From a virus (taxonomy: Duplodnaviria > Caudoviricetes), in IMG/VR virus record IMGVR_UViG_3300025769_000109, positions 1 to 62,372 of that record: 62,372 nucleotides of DNA; one strand, 5' to 3'. Shown here piece after piece: positions 25,887 through 36,077 of this stretch. Position 1 is the stretch's first letter; each line of letters opens with the position of its first letter. Under the pieces are notes generated by a model, which saw only the letters and a program-made list of their open reading frames with translations, did no database searches and had not been told where the DNA came from. The translations under genes were made by a program, and so were the position numbers.

Positions 25887-28683
25887 TGTCGGGGTCCGCA
25901 TCAAACTTCATTACGATAGTATCGGCAGGGGGTAGTTGTAGGTTCACACCCTTGGTTAGCTGTACCTTCTTCCGCTTGCCCTCGCACTTCTTCATGATCT
26001 CGCTTACCAAATGTGAGTAGTTAATCTGCAACTCACCACACCACTCCTTGAGCGGTTTTGGTTTGACGAAAAAGAGTTTTGTGTCAGTTTCATACCGTGC
26101 GACCAATCGACCACGTGCCACTTGTTCTGGTATCACATGTTGATCTAGGCCGTTGTCGTTTGAGCCACGAAGGTCTTGGGTGCTTTTGATCTGTAAGATA
26201 TAGCTGATGTTCTCGGCAAAGAAGTCGTTGAGTACGTCCGTCACCGAATGCTCCATCTCACTCAGGCCACGCTTGTTCTGTGCGATCAGGTCAGTCGTTG
26301 CCCATGTAAATATCTTCTGCACGTCAAAGTCGTGAAGCCCAATCTTCTTAGCGATTAGTAACCCTGCAATCGTTGCAGTTATGGTGTCAGACCAAAACCT
26401 GTTTTCAGATGTTAGCTCAGCTTTCTCGTCAACGCGTTGCTGTACCTTCTTAATGATGGCGCGGGTTTCATCCAGATTGTTCATCACCCACTGAATAAAT
26501 GGCACACCTGCCACGCCGTAATGGACTTTGAGTACCTTCTCTTTGAACTGATCCTGTATCTCTTTGTCCTTGTACTTGTCGAACAACCGCTCAACGCGAC
26601 ACTCAAGTATGCGCTGTGCCTCTGCTTTCGGCATAGCTTTGCCACGGCTCACGGTTTCGATGATGGACGCGTTAGCCGTGTACTGCATAAGTAAACTCCA
26701 CGGTCTACCTTGGTGCCGTTCCACGTTGGCACTCGCAGTCATACGCCCACGTTGTTTACCTGCGGTACCTTGATAGATCAGATTAGACATCTCACGTGGG
26801 GTCAGGTTAGTCACCTCGTCGATGCCTGTCGGCAAACTGTGCATGACTTCGGCACGGTTCATCTTGAAGGCAGTGCTGTCGTCTCTATCCAAAACAAGTT
26901 TACGTGGGTCACCCCACACCCCAGCAGCGGCGTACATCATCATGGTTTTACCCGTGCCAGAGTCATTGTTAATAAAGGCAACCGCTCCGCACGGCTCGTT
27001 AAGAAACTCCATCAGCGGACTGCCAAACCCCATACCGAACCCAAATTGTTGAAGAACAAACCGCTCCCCTTTCCAGAACTCCAGTGTTTCCTTCCACCCT
27101 TCAAGGGTGCCCTTCGGTTCAAATGCGGGGAAAAACCCTACCGTTTGGTTAGCAGGTGGATTGAACTCGATACAGTCTGGCCTAACGTTTTGGTTGCCGA
27201 CAATAAACGAATCATATTTCTCGTTTGCCCAACCGAACTGCACGTGGGCTTGATCGGCTGTACTGGTGGCTTGTAACTCATCCACCCAACTCAGTGTGTA
27301 TGACATCAAATCATCCATCTTCTTTACTGCAACGCCTTGTGATGACAGCTTCTTACGAAACTCCTCGCTCGACGTGACTGAACTCATAGGTAACGTAAAC
27401 TCTTGCACTCCGTCTCTCGGCAGGTGCAAACGCATAACAAGCGACTCGCCCAGCTCGGGGTCCTTCACTCGCTTAACAACGTATAAGTCGTTATGGTATA
27501 TCTTCTTCTCATCCAGATCGCCATCTTCGTTACGTGTACGTATGTAGACGCCGCCGTTTGTACCCCGCACGTAGGGCGGTGGGTACTTTGGGATAACGTA
27601 CTCAGGCTCCTGTGCAGTGGGTTCCGCGACATAGTTACCTTCGTCATCAACTTCCGCTTCGACTAACCGCTTCCCCAACACAATCGGTGATTTGATCTTG
27701 CCCCAGTGAGGGCAGTCCATGCAGACATCGGGGTTATACTCGTCAAAACGTGCACACGTGTACGGGCCTTTGATCTGCTCGAACTTCTTTTGTGTGTCGT
27801 CTGGCGTGTATTCGGGATGGTCTTTCGACATGAGATGCGCGGCCTTCGCGCCATCCGTACAGAACTTCGCAATCGACAGCCCTGCTCTCCACAGCGGTTC
27901 ACTCATCTCCCTTTGGTTCTTAACGATATGCAGGATTTGAGCGCAACCTTCCCCCTTGTGCGTCTTGATAAGTATGTCTTTGAACACGCTTTCCTGATTA
28001 CCCATCAGGTTTTGCATGGTCGTGTTCATCGCCATGGGCGTGTATTTCGTGGGAACTGGTATCGGATCATTGCCAAGCAACTCTGAGAATGTGTCAAAAT
28101 CGACAGTCTCAAACCGCCTAGATAAGCCAAAGAAGTCCACGTTGGACGGGGGATTGGTCTTGTGGTTATGTGTGTGAGGAACTCTTAACACACGTGCCCC
28201 ATCTGCTGTGACGGCAGGGTCAGCGTTAAAGTCTTGTTCCGTACACAGTCGTTTTAGTCTTTCCGCTACAGGGAACCAGTCCTCGTAGCAGACCGATTCC
28301 GATAGGAACCAGTATACGTGTACACCACGGCCCGAGTTGACCATGGTGGGTTGTGGCAGTTTATTGCGTTTGCAAAACTGTCTGAGGGCTTTGATCGCTA
28401 TCTCTTGCGATTGGAAGTCTTTGCTTGGCCCACAATCGAGATCGAGGAAGAATGCGTTTAGGTATTTTATGTTATCTACTTTACGTGAACCTGCCTCTTC
28501 AAACGTAGCTAGTCCGTAATAAACATCGAATCCTTCTTCATCAAAATTGTGTGCGGCATCGACAACGGCGTCTATAGAGTCATAGAATTTCTGTGCTTTG
28601 CGTTCGTCCGAAGATCGTGCGGCAAAAACACAGTAGTAGCCCTCACTACTCAGCGCCTTTGTTAGAAATGTTTTAGTTTCCAT
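25864..28683 (-). CDS. AEP (RepB-like) primase fused to DUF927-type helicase
   Basis: FFLDLDCG, NSGRGVHVYW, RVLRVP primase motifs; Cys cluster YTC...CMDCPH; Walker A SGTGKT. Confidence 0.8.
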   Translation of the reverse strand: METKTFLTKALSSEGYYCVFAARSSDERKAQKFYDSIDAVVDAAHNFDEEGFDVYYGLATFEEAGSRKVDNIKYLNAFFLDLDCGPSKDFQSQEIAIKALRQFCKRNKLPQPTMVNSGRGVHVYWFLSESVCYEDWFPVAERLKRLCTEQDFNADPAVTADGARVLRVPHTHNHKTNPPSNVDFFGLSRRFETVDFDTFSELLGNDPIPVPTKYTPMAMNTTMQNLMGNQESVFKDILIKTHKGEGCAQILHIVKNQREMSEPLWRAGLSIAKFCTDGAKAAHLMSKDHPEYTPDDTQKKFEQIKGPYTCARFDEYNPDVCMDCPHWGKIKSPIVLGKRLVEAEVDDEGNYVAEPTAQEPEYVIPKYPPPYVRGTNGGVYIRTRNEDGDLDEKKIYHNDLYVVKRVKDPELGESLVMRLHLPRDGVQEFTLPMSSVTSSEEFRKKLSSQGVAVKKMDDLMSYTLSWVDELQATSTADQAHVQFGWANEKYDSFIVGNQNVRPDCIEFNPPANQTVGFFPAFEPKGTLEGWKETLEFWKGERFVLQQFGFGMGFGSPLMEFLNEPCGAVAFINNDSGTGKTMMMYAAAGVWGDPRKLVLDRDDSTAFKMNRAEVMHSLPTGIDEVTNLTPREMSNLIYQGTAGKQRGRMTASANVERHQGRPWSLLMQYTANASIIETVSRGKAMPKAEAQRILECRVERLFDKYKDKEIQDQFKEKVLKVHYGVAGVPFIQWVMNNLDETRAIIKKVQQRVDEKAELTSENRFWSDTITATIAGLLIAKKIGLHDFDVQKIFTWATTDLIAQNKRGLSEMEHSVTDVLNDFFAENISYILQIKSTQDLRGSNDNGLDQHVIPEQVARGRLVARYETDTKLFFVKPKPLKEWCGELQINYSHLVSEIMKKCEGKRKKVQLTKGVNLQLPPADTIVMKFDADPDNEGIEDL

Positions 28684-28700
28684 TGCCCCACCTGTTGCCT

Positions 28701-28743
28701 AAAACGCCACGGTAAGGAAGAGGTAAAAAACCCTACCGTGGCG
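28701..28743 (-). terminator. Hairpin/putative terminator between SSB-like gene and primase
   Basis: CGCCACGGTA (28705-28714) pairs with TACCGTGGCG (28734-28743); TTTT follows on minus strand. Confidence 0.5.
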
Positions 28744-28773
28744 AAGTCCGATTACCTTGTTTAGACGACAGAT

Positions 28774-29682
28774 TTATTCGTCGTCCCAGTTGTCGATAAT
28801 CGAACTAAGATCGTCGTCAGCATCAGGCTTGGGTTCTGACTTTTTCGTGACGACTTTCTTTGGCTCCTCAACAGGTGCGTCCTCGGGACTATTATCGAAG
28901 ACGGTTTTAGGCTTTGCTTCTTTCTTTGGTGCCTCTGCTTTCGGTGTTTTATCCACACCGTCAGTTTGGGCAACCGTGAACGTGATAGCCTTCAGAGTAG
29001 CAGGGTCATCTTTTAACGCAACCACTTGCTCTAACTCGTTCTCATCCAAGGGGCGAACCGCCTTGAAGAACAGCTTGGGTACACTGCTATTCTTATCGAA
29101 ACGCATGTTGGTAACGATAGCGATAGCGGGTGTATTGTGGGCGTTCAAGAACCGTGCGTAGGCTTGCATCGGCATGTTGCCATCCTTGGCTTCACCAAAG
29201 ACAGAAGTCGCAGGTAGCTGAAGCTGATACACCTTATCAAGTTGTCCTTCGAGGGCAACGGCTAGGCGTTGTGCGAAACGACAGGCACGGCCTTCACCTT
29301 GTCCTGACCCCTTAATATTCTGAGGGCAGTCCATACACCGCTTCGCTTGACGTTGATCCTCTGGCACCTCGGGTGCAGGTGCATCGGTATCGGCAGACCA
29401 ACAAGTCGGCGGCGTTGGGTTGGATGGGTTGTACGTACCTTCGTAGTAGGAACGCGAGATTTTAGCGGCGTTAAGAATAATCATGTTCATGTTATTCTCA
29501 TCGCTTACGGAAACTTCTTCTCCGTTAATGATTTCACGGAATGCTTTACCGTTAAGACTGATGCGGCGGTTTTGTTCGCCCCCACCAGAACCACTTAACA
29601 GGTTGTTGTTTACATCTTGAAGTTCTTTGAACAGGTCACTGTTCGCAAGCGCATTGTTTTCAAACAAGGTAATATCGGACAT
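28774..29682 (-). CDS. Putative ssDNA-binding/annealing protein
   Basis: TCWS...CMDCPQN...RACR Cys motif, acidic tail IIDNWDDE, replication module. Confidence 0.55.
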   Translation of the reverse strand: MSDITLFENNALANSDLFKELQDVNNNLLSGSGGGEQNRRISLNGKAFREIINGEEVSVSDENNMNMIILNAAKISRSYYEGTYNPSNPTPPTCWSADTDAPAPEVPEDQRQAKRCMDCPQNIKGSGQGEGRACRFAQRLAVALEGQLDKVYQLQLPATSVFGEAKDGNMPMQAYARFLNAHNTPAIAIVTNMRFDKNSSVPKLFFKAVRPLDENELEQVVALKDDPATLKAITFTVAQTDGVDKTPKAEAPKKEAKPKTVFDNSPEDAPVEEPKKVVTKKSEPKPDADDDLSSIIDNWDDE

Positions 29683-29692
29683 ATTATTCTCC

Positions 29693-29977
29693 TTACATGT
29701 CTTCGTCTAAGCCGTAGACAACTTCGTCGTCTACATTCGATACCATCGCTACAGCGGCGACAGCCCCAGTGCCACTTGCAACAGCAACGGCAGGTGCTTC
29801 GATTTCCCGCTTCGTAAGCGCGGCGGCTACGTTATCAATAGAGAAACGGTACGTGTTCCCCACTTTAATGTAGGTGTCCTTGGGTATATGCCCTTGGCGC
29901 ACCCATGCTCTGATCGTCGATACAGAGACAGTGAAGTGCTTTGCCACTTCTTCGATAGGTACAAAAGGTCCAGTCAT
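29693..29977 (-). CDS. Excisionase/MerR-like HTH DNA-binding protein
   Basis: IEEVAKHFTVSVSTIRAWVRQGHIP...KVGNTYRF. Confidence 0.8.
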   Translation of the reverse strand: MTGPFVPIEEVAKHFTVSVSTIRAWVRQGHIPKDTYIKVGNTYRFSIDNVAAALTKREIEAPAVAVASGTGAVAAVAMVSNVDDEVVYGLDEDM

Positions 29978-30375
29978 GATTTTTTCCTCACAGATATGAC
30001 GTATTCCGAATCCACGTTGAGTCCTTTCGGCACGAGGTCGGGGTTCTCTTCGAGGAAGGTTCGCACGTTCGTTTGGTTGAGCCGCTTTTCCAGAAACTCA
30101 GGCACACCATGCTCCATAACAAATTGGTGCATAGCTTCCCAGTCGCTAGTCCAGTAGCGCGTCTTAACGGAACGGTAGAATATTCCCTCTGAAGTCTTTA
30201 CACTCTCCAGACCGTTGTCTTTGCAATAGTCCAGTAGTGCCACTTTGACCTTATCCAGTTGTTGGTTAAGGTCATCTTCTTGCTTCTTGAACTCCGCAGA
30301 AAGCTGAGCCTTCTTGTCACGGATTTTCAAGTAAACACGCGTCAGCTTTTCAGCTAACTTTTCTTCCTCACTCAT
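29974..30375 (-). CDS. Phage coiled-coil hypothetical protein
   Basis: AGGAG RBS; coiled coil then SVKTSEG...SDWEAM. Confidence 0.7.
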   Translation of the reverse strand: MSEEEKLAEKLTRVYLKIRDKKAQLSAEFKKQEDDLNQQLDKVKVALLDYCKDNGLESVKTSEGIFYRSVKTRYWTSDWEAMHQFVMEHGVPEFLEKRLNQTNVRTFLEENPDLVPKGLNVDSEYVISVRKKS

Positions 30376-30415
30376 TTTGTTCTCCTAATCGCACGACATA
30401 ACTGTCGGGGTGTTT

Positions 30416-30444
30416 ACTCTACTAACGCCTTGTACGCTAGTCAA
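30416..30444 (-). promoter_or_regulatory. Putative sigma70-like promoter
   Basis: Minus strand TTGACT-17 nt-TAGAGT upstream of 30375. Confidence 0.4.
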
Positions 30445-31972
30445 GCAATTCTTTGTAAAGATCAATCATTTTTGTGTGGACGTCTATTCTGCTATCTAAT
30501 AATGCGTAAACACGTTTCTCTACGTGTGATCCTTGTAGCTGCACGACGGTACACTTCTGATCTTGTCCTGACCTGTGAACACGTGCATTGGCTTGGGCGT
30601 AGGTCTCCAACGAACTGGTCGGACCCCACCAAACCACTGTGTTTGCGGCTGTTAACGTGACACCGTGCGCGGCGGCTTGTGGCTGGATCACCAGTACACG
30701 CGGGTTATCTTGGCTTTGGAAACGACTGAAGATGTCGGTACGCTTTGGCGCAGATACGTCACCACGGATAACCTCAGTAGTTATACCGTCCGCTATCAGC
30801 TTCTCTGTCAGTATGTCGATGGTGTGTTTGAACGGCACAAAGACCAAAACCTTCTTACTGCTTTCGTCGATAACCTCACGCAGAACCTTGTAGCGGTGCT
30901 TGATGTCAAACTCCAGTGCATCTCCGCCATCTGTGTACACCGCACCAGAAGATATTTGCAGGAGTTTGCTCATGTTGATCGCCGCATTCGGCGCTGTGAT
31001 CTCTTCCCCTGCCGCCTGTAAAACAAGTTTATCTTTGAGTTCCTTGTAATACTTGGCCTGTTGTCGCGTAAGTTCTACCTCACGTTTGACGTACACCATG
31101 TCGGGCAGGTCGAGACACTCTTCCTTGGTAAATCTAATGGCGGGTTGCAGTGCGTTGTAGACTGTATCGGTCGCTGTCTCTTTCGGCTTCCACTTAAACT
31201 GTGTGACCTTGTACATCACTTGGTCGCGGAACGAACCAAAGAACCTCGGCACCCCATCGGGGTTGACTAGCTTGGCGATACCGTACGCATCCAACGGCGA
31301 TTGTGCCGCAGGTGTGCCTGTCATCATCCATAGCCAAGTCTTGTCGGTTACCAACTTATTCAGTGTCTTCCATCGCTTGGTCTGTGCGTTCTTATAATGT
31401 GTGGCTTCATCGACAATGATGCAGTCGAACCCACCGTCCGCAATGTCTTCGGCTACAATCTCTACACCGTCATAGTTAATGACCACGTAGTCAGAGCCTT
31501 CGGCGATGATCTTTTTGCGCTTGTCTTTGGAACCGTACGCCACAGAAACCGTGCGGTGCATGGCAAAACTAAACAAGTCATTACGCCATGCGCTGTCCAT
31601 GATCGAGAGCGGGCAGACAATCAACACGCGGTTGACCTTGCCTTGTTTCATTAGGAAGTCGGATGCCCAGATCGCAGACGCTGTCTTACCTGTTCCCTGT
31701 TCATTGAAACAGAAGGCTTTCCGGTTAAGAGTGAGGAATGACGCAGTAACACGTTGGTGGTCGTATGGCTTGTACTGCCCGGGCCAGTCGTACTTCCCTT
31801 CGATGGGTGATGGTACGTTTATGTTTAACTGCTTTAGTGTGTGCGCCTCATCAACGCCCCAGTTCACTAAGACTTCATTGTTTGGTAACGCTCGGCTTTT
31901 CTCGACAAGTTTCGTTACTTTATTTGGGTGACGCAGACGCAACAAGAGCGCCTTGTTATCTACAATCTTCAC
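30437..31972 (-). CDS. SNF2-family (SF2) helicase
   Basis: EQGTGKT, IVDEAT, MTGTP, HGVTLT, QANARVHRSGQ; GTG start after GGAGAAC. Confidence 0.9.
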   Translation of the reverse strand: MKIVDNKALLLRLRHPNKVTKLVEKSRALPNNEVLVNWGVDEAHTLKQLNINVPSPIEGKYDWPGQYKPYDHQRVTASFLTLNRKAFCFNEQGTGKTASAIWASDFLMKQGKVNRVLIVCPLSIMDSAWRNDLFSFAMHRTVSVAYGSKDKRKKIIAEGSDYVVINYDGVEIVAEDIADGGFDCIIVDEATHYKNAQTKRWKTLNKLVTDKTWLWMMTGTPAAQSPLDAYGIAKLVNPDGVPRFFGSFRDQVMYKVTQFKWKPKETATDTVYNALQPAIRFTKEECLDLPDMVYVKREVELTRQQAKYYKELKDKLVLQAAGEEITAPNAAINMSKLLQISSGAVYTDGGDALEFDIKHRYKVLREVIDESSKKVLVFVPFKHTIDILTEKLIADGITTEVIRGDVSAPKRTDIFSRFQSQDNPRVLVIQPQAAAHGVTLTAANTVVWWGPTSSLETYAQANARVHRSGQDQKCTVVQLQGSHVEKRVYALLDSRIDVHTKMIDLYKELLD

Positions 31973-32005
31973 TATGTTCTCCATCGCAACGCCATACGGC
32001 GCGGT

Positions 32006-32022
32006 GTTAGTGTCGCACTAAC
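32006..32022. promoter_or_regulatory. 17-bp palindrome copy 1 GTTAGTGTCGCACTAAC
   Basis: 7-bp inverted arms; one of eight copies. Confidence 0.8.
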
Positions 32023-32309
32023 TATTTCTTTTTGCGGCCTCTGCTCAACGCACCGCCAGCCGCACGATTTTTACTGCGGCTCTGTACTCTCACGCCATCT
32101 TTGTTCGTACCCCCACGAGATAGCGGCTTCTTGTGTGCTACATCCTTGCCTTCACGCTTGTCGGCTTTGCCGTTCTTGTTAGCGTCTTTACCTGTCTTAT
32201 CCATCTTGCGGCGTGCACGCTGTCGCTCCATACGATCTGAGTGCTCACCTCTGGATTTCTGCTGTTGGTATTCCTTTTTGTAAGGACGTGGCTTGTTCTT
32301 GTATGGCAT
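32022..32309 (-). CDS. Small basic HNH-like protein
   Basis: GKDVAHKKPLSRGGTN...NR resembles degenerate HNH motif. Confidence 0.55.
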   Translation of the reverse strand: MPYKNKPRPYKKEYQQQKSRGEHSDRMERQRARRKMDKTGKDANKNGKADKREGKDVAHKKPLSRGGTNKDGVRVQSRSKNRAAGGALSRGRKKK

Positions 32310-32980
32310 CAGTTGCTCCCATTATGTGGACACACGGTAACTTGGCAGTGCCGCTTGCATAGTCCATTCGGCCTCGGGTTCCAGACATTGGCATCGGCGG
32401 CGGCTTTCATGGTGTTGTACTTACCTTGCCATTTCACCCAAAGCTGTTGTTCGTCAAATTCATCGTAGCTTGCCTTGATAAGGTCGTTACTTACGACGAA
32501 CACTAGCCCTGCCTTTACCTTCTTAATATCGGGATAGTGCAAGAACACTGACATTGCCATGAGTTCAAGCTGACCTTTATCTGCGTACTTTGCGTTTTTC
32601 CCTGTCTTGTAGTCGATGACCCAAGCCACTTCCCCCAGAGTATCCACAATCAGTAGGTCGGCAATCCCTCTGAACCACACGTCTTTGGAATAGAAATCGC
32701 ATGGTCTAAGGTCTTCGGTTATGCCTAACTTTTTCTCGCATAGCTTGACCCCACGCTTGGCGTTCAGGGAATCGAGCACTCCCTGTGCGTACTCAAACTT
32801 CTTAGGGAGTGCCTTGCTATCTTTTATGTAATCTTCTGCGGCTTTGTGAAACTCATTGCCGTACCGAATGGCATCGGTTTCGACAAACGGAAACTCCTTG
32901 AGTATCTTTTCGTGGTAAAACTGCTTTGGGCATTGCTCGAATGCCTTGATTTTACTGAATGACCACGGTGTTATACTCAC
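32309..32980 (-). CDS. PD-(D/E)XK exonuclease (RecB/Cas4-like)
   Basis: WSFSKI..FEQCP, GNEFH, RGIADL, IDYKTG, QLELMA, C-terminal CxxxCxxxxC. Confidence 0.85.
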   Translation of the reverse strand: MSITPWSFSKIKAFEQCPKQFYHEKILKEFPFVETDAIRYGNEFHKAAEDYIKDSKALPKKFEYAQGVLDSLNAKRGVKLCEKKLGITEDLRPCDFYSKDVWFRGIADLLIVDTLGEVAWVIDYKTGKNAKYADKGQLELMAMSVFLHYPDIKKVKAGLVFVVSNDLIKASYDEFDEQQLWVKWQGKYNTMKAAADANVWNPRPNGLCKRHCQVTVCPHNGSN

Positions 32981-34806
32981 TCACAATCTCCGTATGATTT
33001 GCCTGTTCCACTTTCACAGTTGATTGGCAGTCCTTCTGCCCAGTCTGGTGTCCACCGCATACACTGCTCAATATACGCTTGGGCTTCATCGACTTCGCTA
33101 TCAGCGACACAGCATACAATCGAGTCATGCACAGTTAGTACAACGCGGTATCTCTTAGTAATTTGTAACATCTGCTCACCAATAATGCAACGCGCTATCG
33201 CTTGGCAAATGTTCTCTGTTACCTTTCCACCATATATTCTGGTGCGTCCGCGCCGTGTCTTATAGCTGTACTCGATCCCTCGCTCACCCTGTTCTCCTGA
33301 TAAGTCGTCATAACGTATCAGCAAACCTGATGGCAGCTTGATCCCACGTTCCGATCCCAACACTTCCAGTACCCCTGCCTTACCGACTTGGATGCTGTCG
33401 CCGTTGACCATGTAGCGCACCATGTTCTGGCAGTCGCGCCATAACTGATTGATTTTCCAGTTGGCTTCACGGTAGATGTTTATGATCCGACGGGCCTCGT
33501 CCAGTTCAACCTCTTGTCCAAACGTGTTTAGCTGTGCTTGGAACTTGAGTGCACCCATGCCGTAACCTGCACCAAGGATAGTCGTCTTACCTACGAACCG
33601 TTGTTCTTTGGTGACGTCCTCCTCGTCGCATCCATAGATACGTGATGCCATCTTTACATACACATCTTCACCACGTGAGAAGGCTGTGGTCAGGTCGTCT
33701 TGCTCGGCAAGCCACGCCAAAACCCGCGCTTCGATCTGTGCGCTGTCAGCATCAATCAAAGTGTGTCCTGCTGGCGCGAGGATGCTACGCTTTAACTTCT
33801 TACCATTTGGCCCACGGCTTGGCAGGTTCTGCATGTTGATCTTGTCATCACCACCCCATCGCCCAGTGTGTGCGGCGTAGTAGCGGACAGGTACAGGCAG
33901 GGTGCCACGTTTACCGATGTCGATGAACCGCTGAGTCCTCGTCTCCTCCAGTGTGCTCTTCGTACCAAGACGTGCGGCAACAACGGCTTGCACCCTGTCG
34001 TCTTCGTGGTCAGCTAACGCCTTGAAAGCCTCGTCGTTCTTGGCAAACGCAAAGGTCTCCTTACCAGTCGTCAAGCTAACCTTGGTCGGTGGCTTAACAC
34101 CCAACCCTTCTAACACTTCCGCAAACTTGGGGTTAGACATGAGATCGTCTTTACACACACCTGCTGTTTCAAGAAGCTGATCCTTCCGCTCTCGTGTGTC
34201 TTCCAGATGTTGCTCTAACAACCCAATATCCAACTCCAATACAGGGTCGATGAACATGCGCAGTGTGCAGTCGATCAACCTTAGTTCAGTTTTTGGGAAT
34301 CCTTTTTTAAGGAAAATGTTAAAGAGTTTGTAGGTGAGTTCGACATCGTTGACGCAGTAGTCACCGTACTTGTCGAGGTCGGCTTCACTGAAATCGTCTC
34401 TTCTTTTTCCGAGGGCGTTGATGACTTCGTTGCCTTTAGCGCCGATGCGGTATCTTTCAGTGAGCGCCCTGAGACTTCCACCAACTTCCACCCCATGTAG
34501 AGCACGGGCGATACAAAGAGTATCGGTATACAAGCGAGGATGAATGCCAAAGCGCCAACTAAGAATGGCACCGTCAAACATAGTATTATGAGCAAGCACC
34601 ATAGCTTCTTGCCAGTTGAAGGTTCCGAGATAGTCTCTGATTTGTTCATGTGTTCCACTCGCCCATTCAGTAGGTTCATTGTTGACCTTCACACCTACAC
34701 CAATCACCTCAAAGCGAGGGTCGCGTACGTATTCTTCGGTCGTGATCTTAGACAGGGAATAGTCCCTATCGTAGTAGGTTTCAAAATCTAACGTGATAAG
34801 GTCCAT
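32977..34806 (-). CDS. polA: DNA polymerase family A with 3'-5' exonuclease
   Basis: LDFET, AHNTMFD exo motifs; HTGRW, NMQNLP, DSAQIEAR (A), GKTTILGAGYG (B), TVHDS (C). Confidence 0.95.
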   Translation of the reverse strand: MDLITLDFETYYDRDYSLSKITTEEYVRDPRFEVIGVGVKVNNEPTEWASGTHEQIRDYLGTFNWQEAMVLAHNTMFDGAILSWRFGIHPRLYTDTLCIARALHGVEVGGSLRALTERYRIGAKGNEVINALGKRRDDFSEADLDKYGDYCVNDVELTYKLFNIFLKKGFPKTELRLIDCTLRMFIDPVLELDIGLLEQHLEDTRERKDQLLETAGVCKDDLMSNPKFAEVLEGLGVKPPTKVSLTTGKETFAFAKNDEAFKALADHEDDRVQAVVAARLGTKSTLEETRTQRFIDIGKRGTLPVPVRYYAAHTGRWGGDDKINMQNLPSRGPNGKKLKRSILAPAGHTLIDADSAQIEARVLAWLAEQDDLTTAFSRGEDVYVKMASRIYGCDEEDVTKEQRFVGKTTILGAGYGMGALKFQAQLNTFGQEVELDEARRIINIYREANWKINQLWRDCQNMVRYMVNGDSIQVGKAGVLEVLGSERGIKLPSGLLIRYDDLSGEQGERGIEYSYKTRRGRTRIYGGKVTENICQAIARCIIGEQMLQITKRYRVVLTVHDSIVCCVADSEVDEAQAYIEQCMRWTPDWAEGLPINCESGTGKSYGDCE

Positions 34807-35201
34807 CACTTCACCTCTAGTAACTTCTGCATGTAGTGACCCGCTTTGTCCAAGTCGTTGGCGTTCTTGGTTCGGGCAAGATACTTAATGATGTTGCCCT
34901 TCAAGAACCCAACAAACTCATCCTTAGTCATCCACGCTTGCATTGCGTCCCAAGGTTCGACGGATAAACCCACGTAGTGTTTCCCACCAACCTGTCGTAG
35001 GTTGGCGATCTGTGGCTTTTTTGCGGTGCTTTTCGCTTCCTCCTCGAAAACTTCTTTTGGTGTGCCGATCTTCTTCATCAGCTTGTAGACGTAGCCATAC
35101 GACACGCCTGTCGCCTTAGCGACTTCGGCAGGGGTAGCGAGTTTATTTTTGAGCAGATATGCCCAGACCTTTTCGGCCTTCGGTGATGACTTAGTAGCCA
35201 T
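34806..35201 (-). CDS. HTH fused to DUF3310 (T7 gp1.7-like) domain
   Basis: TPAEVAKATGVSYGYV HTH; QVGGKHY...FLKGNIIKYLAR...DLDKA. Confidence 0.7.
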   Translation of the reverse strand: MATKSSPKAEKVWAYLLKNKLATPAEVAKATGVSYGYVYKLMKKIGTPKEVFEEEAKSTAKKPQIANLRQVGGKHYVGLSVEPWDAMQAWMTKDEFVGFLKGNIIKYLARTKNANDLDKAGHYMQKLLEVK

Positions 35202-35275
35202 GGTCGTTCTCCTTTTGCGCGTACGATAAAAATAAGGCACAGACCCTCGTACGGAAAAAGTCTATGCCTGTAGAT

Positions 35276-35428
35276 TTACTCAGGTGCTTTACTTGCTTTA
35301 CGGAATGCGTACTTCGCACCCCACGCAAAGAACCATCTCATTGGTGACCACCATGGGGCTTTCAGCCACGCGGTCTCACAGAGCACACCAATATCGGTCC
35401 ACTCTTTCTTAGTTCGTTGTTTCGCCAC
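35276..35428 (-). CDS. Small Trp-rich hypothetical protein
   Basis: GTG start after GGGAGG; 50 aa. Confidence 0.5.
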   Translation of the reverse strand: MAKQRTKKEWTDIGVLCETAWLKAPWWSPMRWFFAWGAKYAFRKASKAPE

Positions 35429-35714
35429 GGCGCACCTCCCATAAGATACAGGCTTTGCCCCATTGCGTTCTGCCACGTTTACCACTGTCCTTGATGCGTC
35501 TATCGTTCGACAACTCAGACAGACGTGGTTGCACAGACACATACGGACGCTCTAACATCTCAGCGATTTGCTCAGTGCTTAGCGGGATGGGTGCTTGTGT
35601 GAGTAGTTGGTAAACTTGTTCTCGTAAGGTAACCTTCTTACCCTTACTGTCGTCAGCGGCGGCGAGACTTGTGTCCCGATGCTGATAGCCGATACCCTCT
35701 TCGGTGTATCCCAT
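35409..35714 (-). CDS. Winged-helix DNA-binding protein
   Basis: LSTEQIAEML...SVQPRLSEL...IKDSGKR. Confidence 0.75.
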   Translation of the reverse strand: MGYTEEGIGYQHRDTSLAAADDSKGKKVTLREQVYQLLTQAPIPLSTEQIAEMLERPYVSVQPRLSELSNDRRIKDSGKRGRTQWGKACILWEVRRGETTN

Positions 35715-35738
35715 GACGTTCTCCTTTTCGCGCAGTCC

Positions 35739-36077
35739 TCAAACTGGATGTCCGTTGAAGTCAAACTCCAACTGTCGCGGATCGTTGTAGCGACCCGCCA
35801 AGGCGTAACGCACGTCTTCAATGTTCTCTTCATTTATAACGAGTGCTATACCTTGGTTCTCTTTTATATCAGATAGGTTCTTTTCTTGCAAGGGTGTTGG
35901 TTTGTTTTTACCTGCCTTGCATTCTATACCAAAGAACATCCCCTTGTAGCATCCTATGATGTCAGGGACACCGCTCTTACCGTACCCACCCGTCACAGGG
36001 TAGAAGTAATACGCGTTAAGTTCTTTGAGTATGGTGGTGACTTTCTTCTTCACCTTTGCTTCGGGTGTCATTGCCAT
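35739..36077 (-). CDS. VRR-NUC nuclease / Holliday junction resolvase-like
   Basis: TPEAKVK, GVPDII, GIECKAG, PTPLQ. Confidence 0.85.
   Translation of the reverse strand: MAMTPEAKVKKKVTTILKELNAYYFYPVTGGYGKSGVPDIIGCYKGMFFGIECKAGKNKPTPLQEKNLSDIKENQGIALVINEENIEDVRYALAGRYNDPRQLEFDFNGHPV

Noticed and set aside
29693-29977. Excisionase as evidence of lysogeny
   Set aside because: No integrase or att site recognised; this HTH family is common in replication modules.
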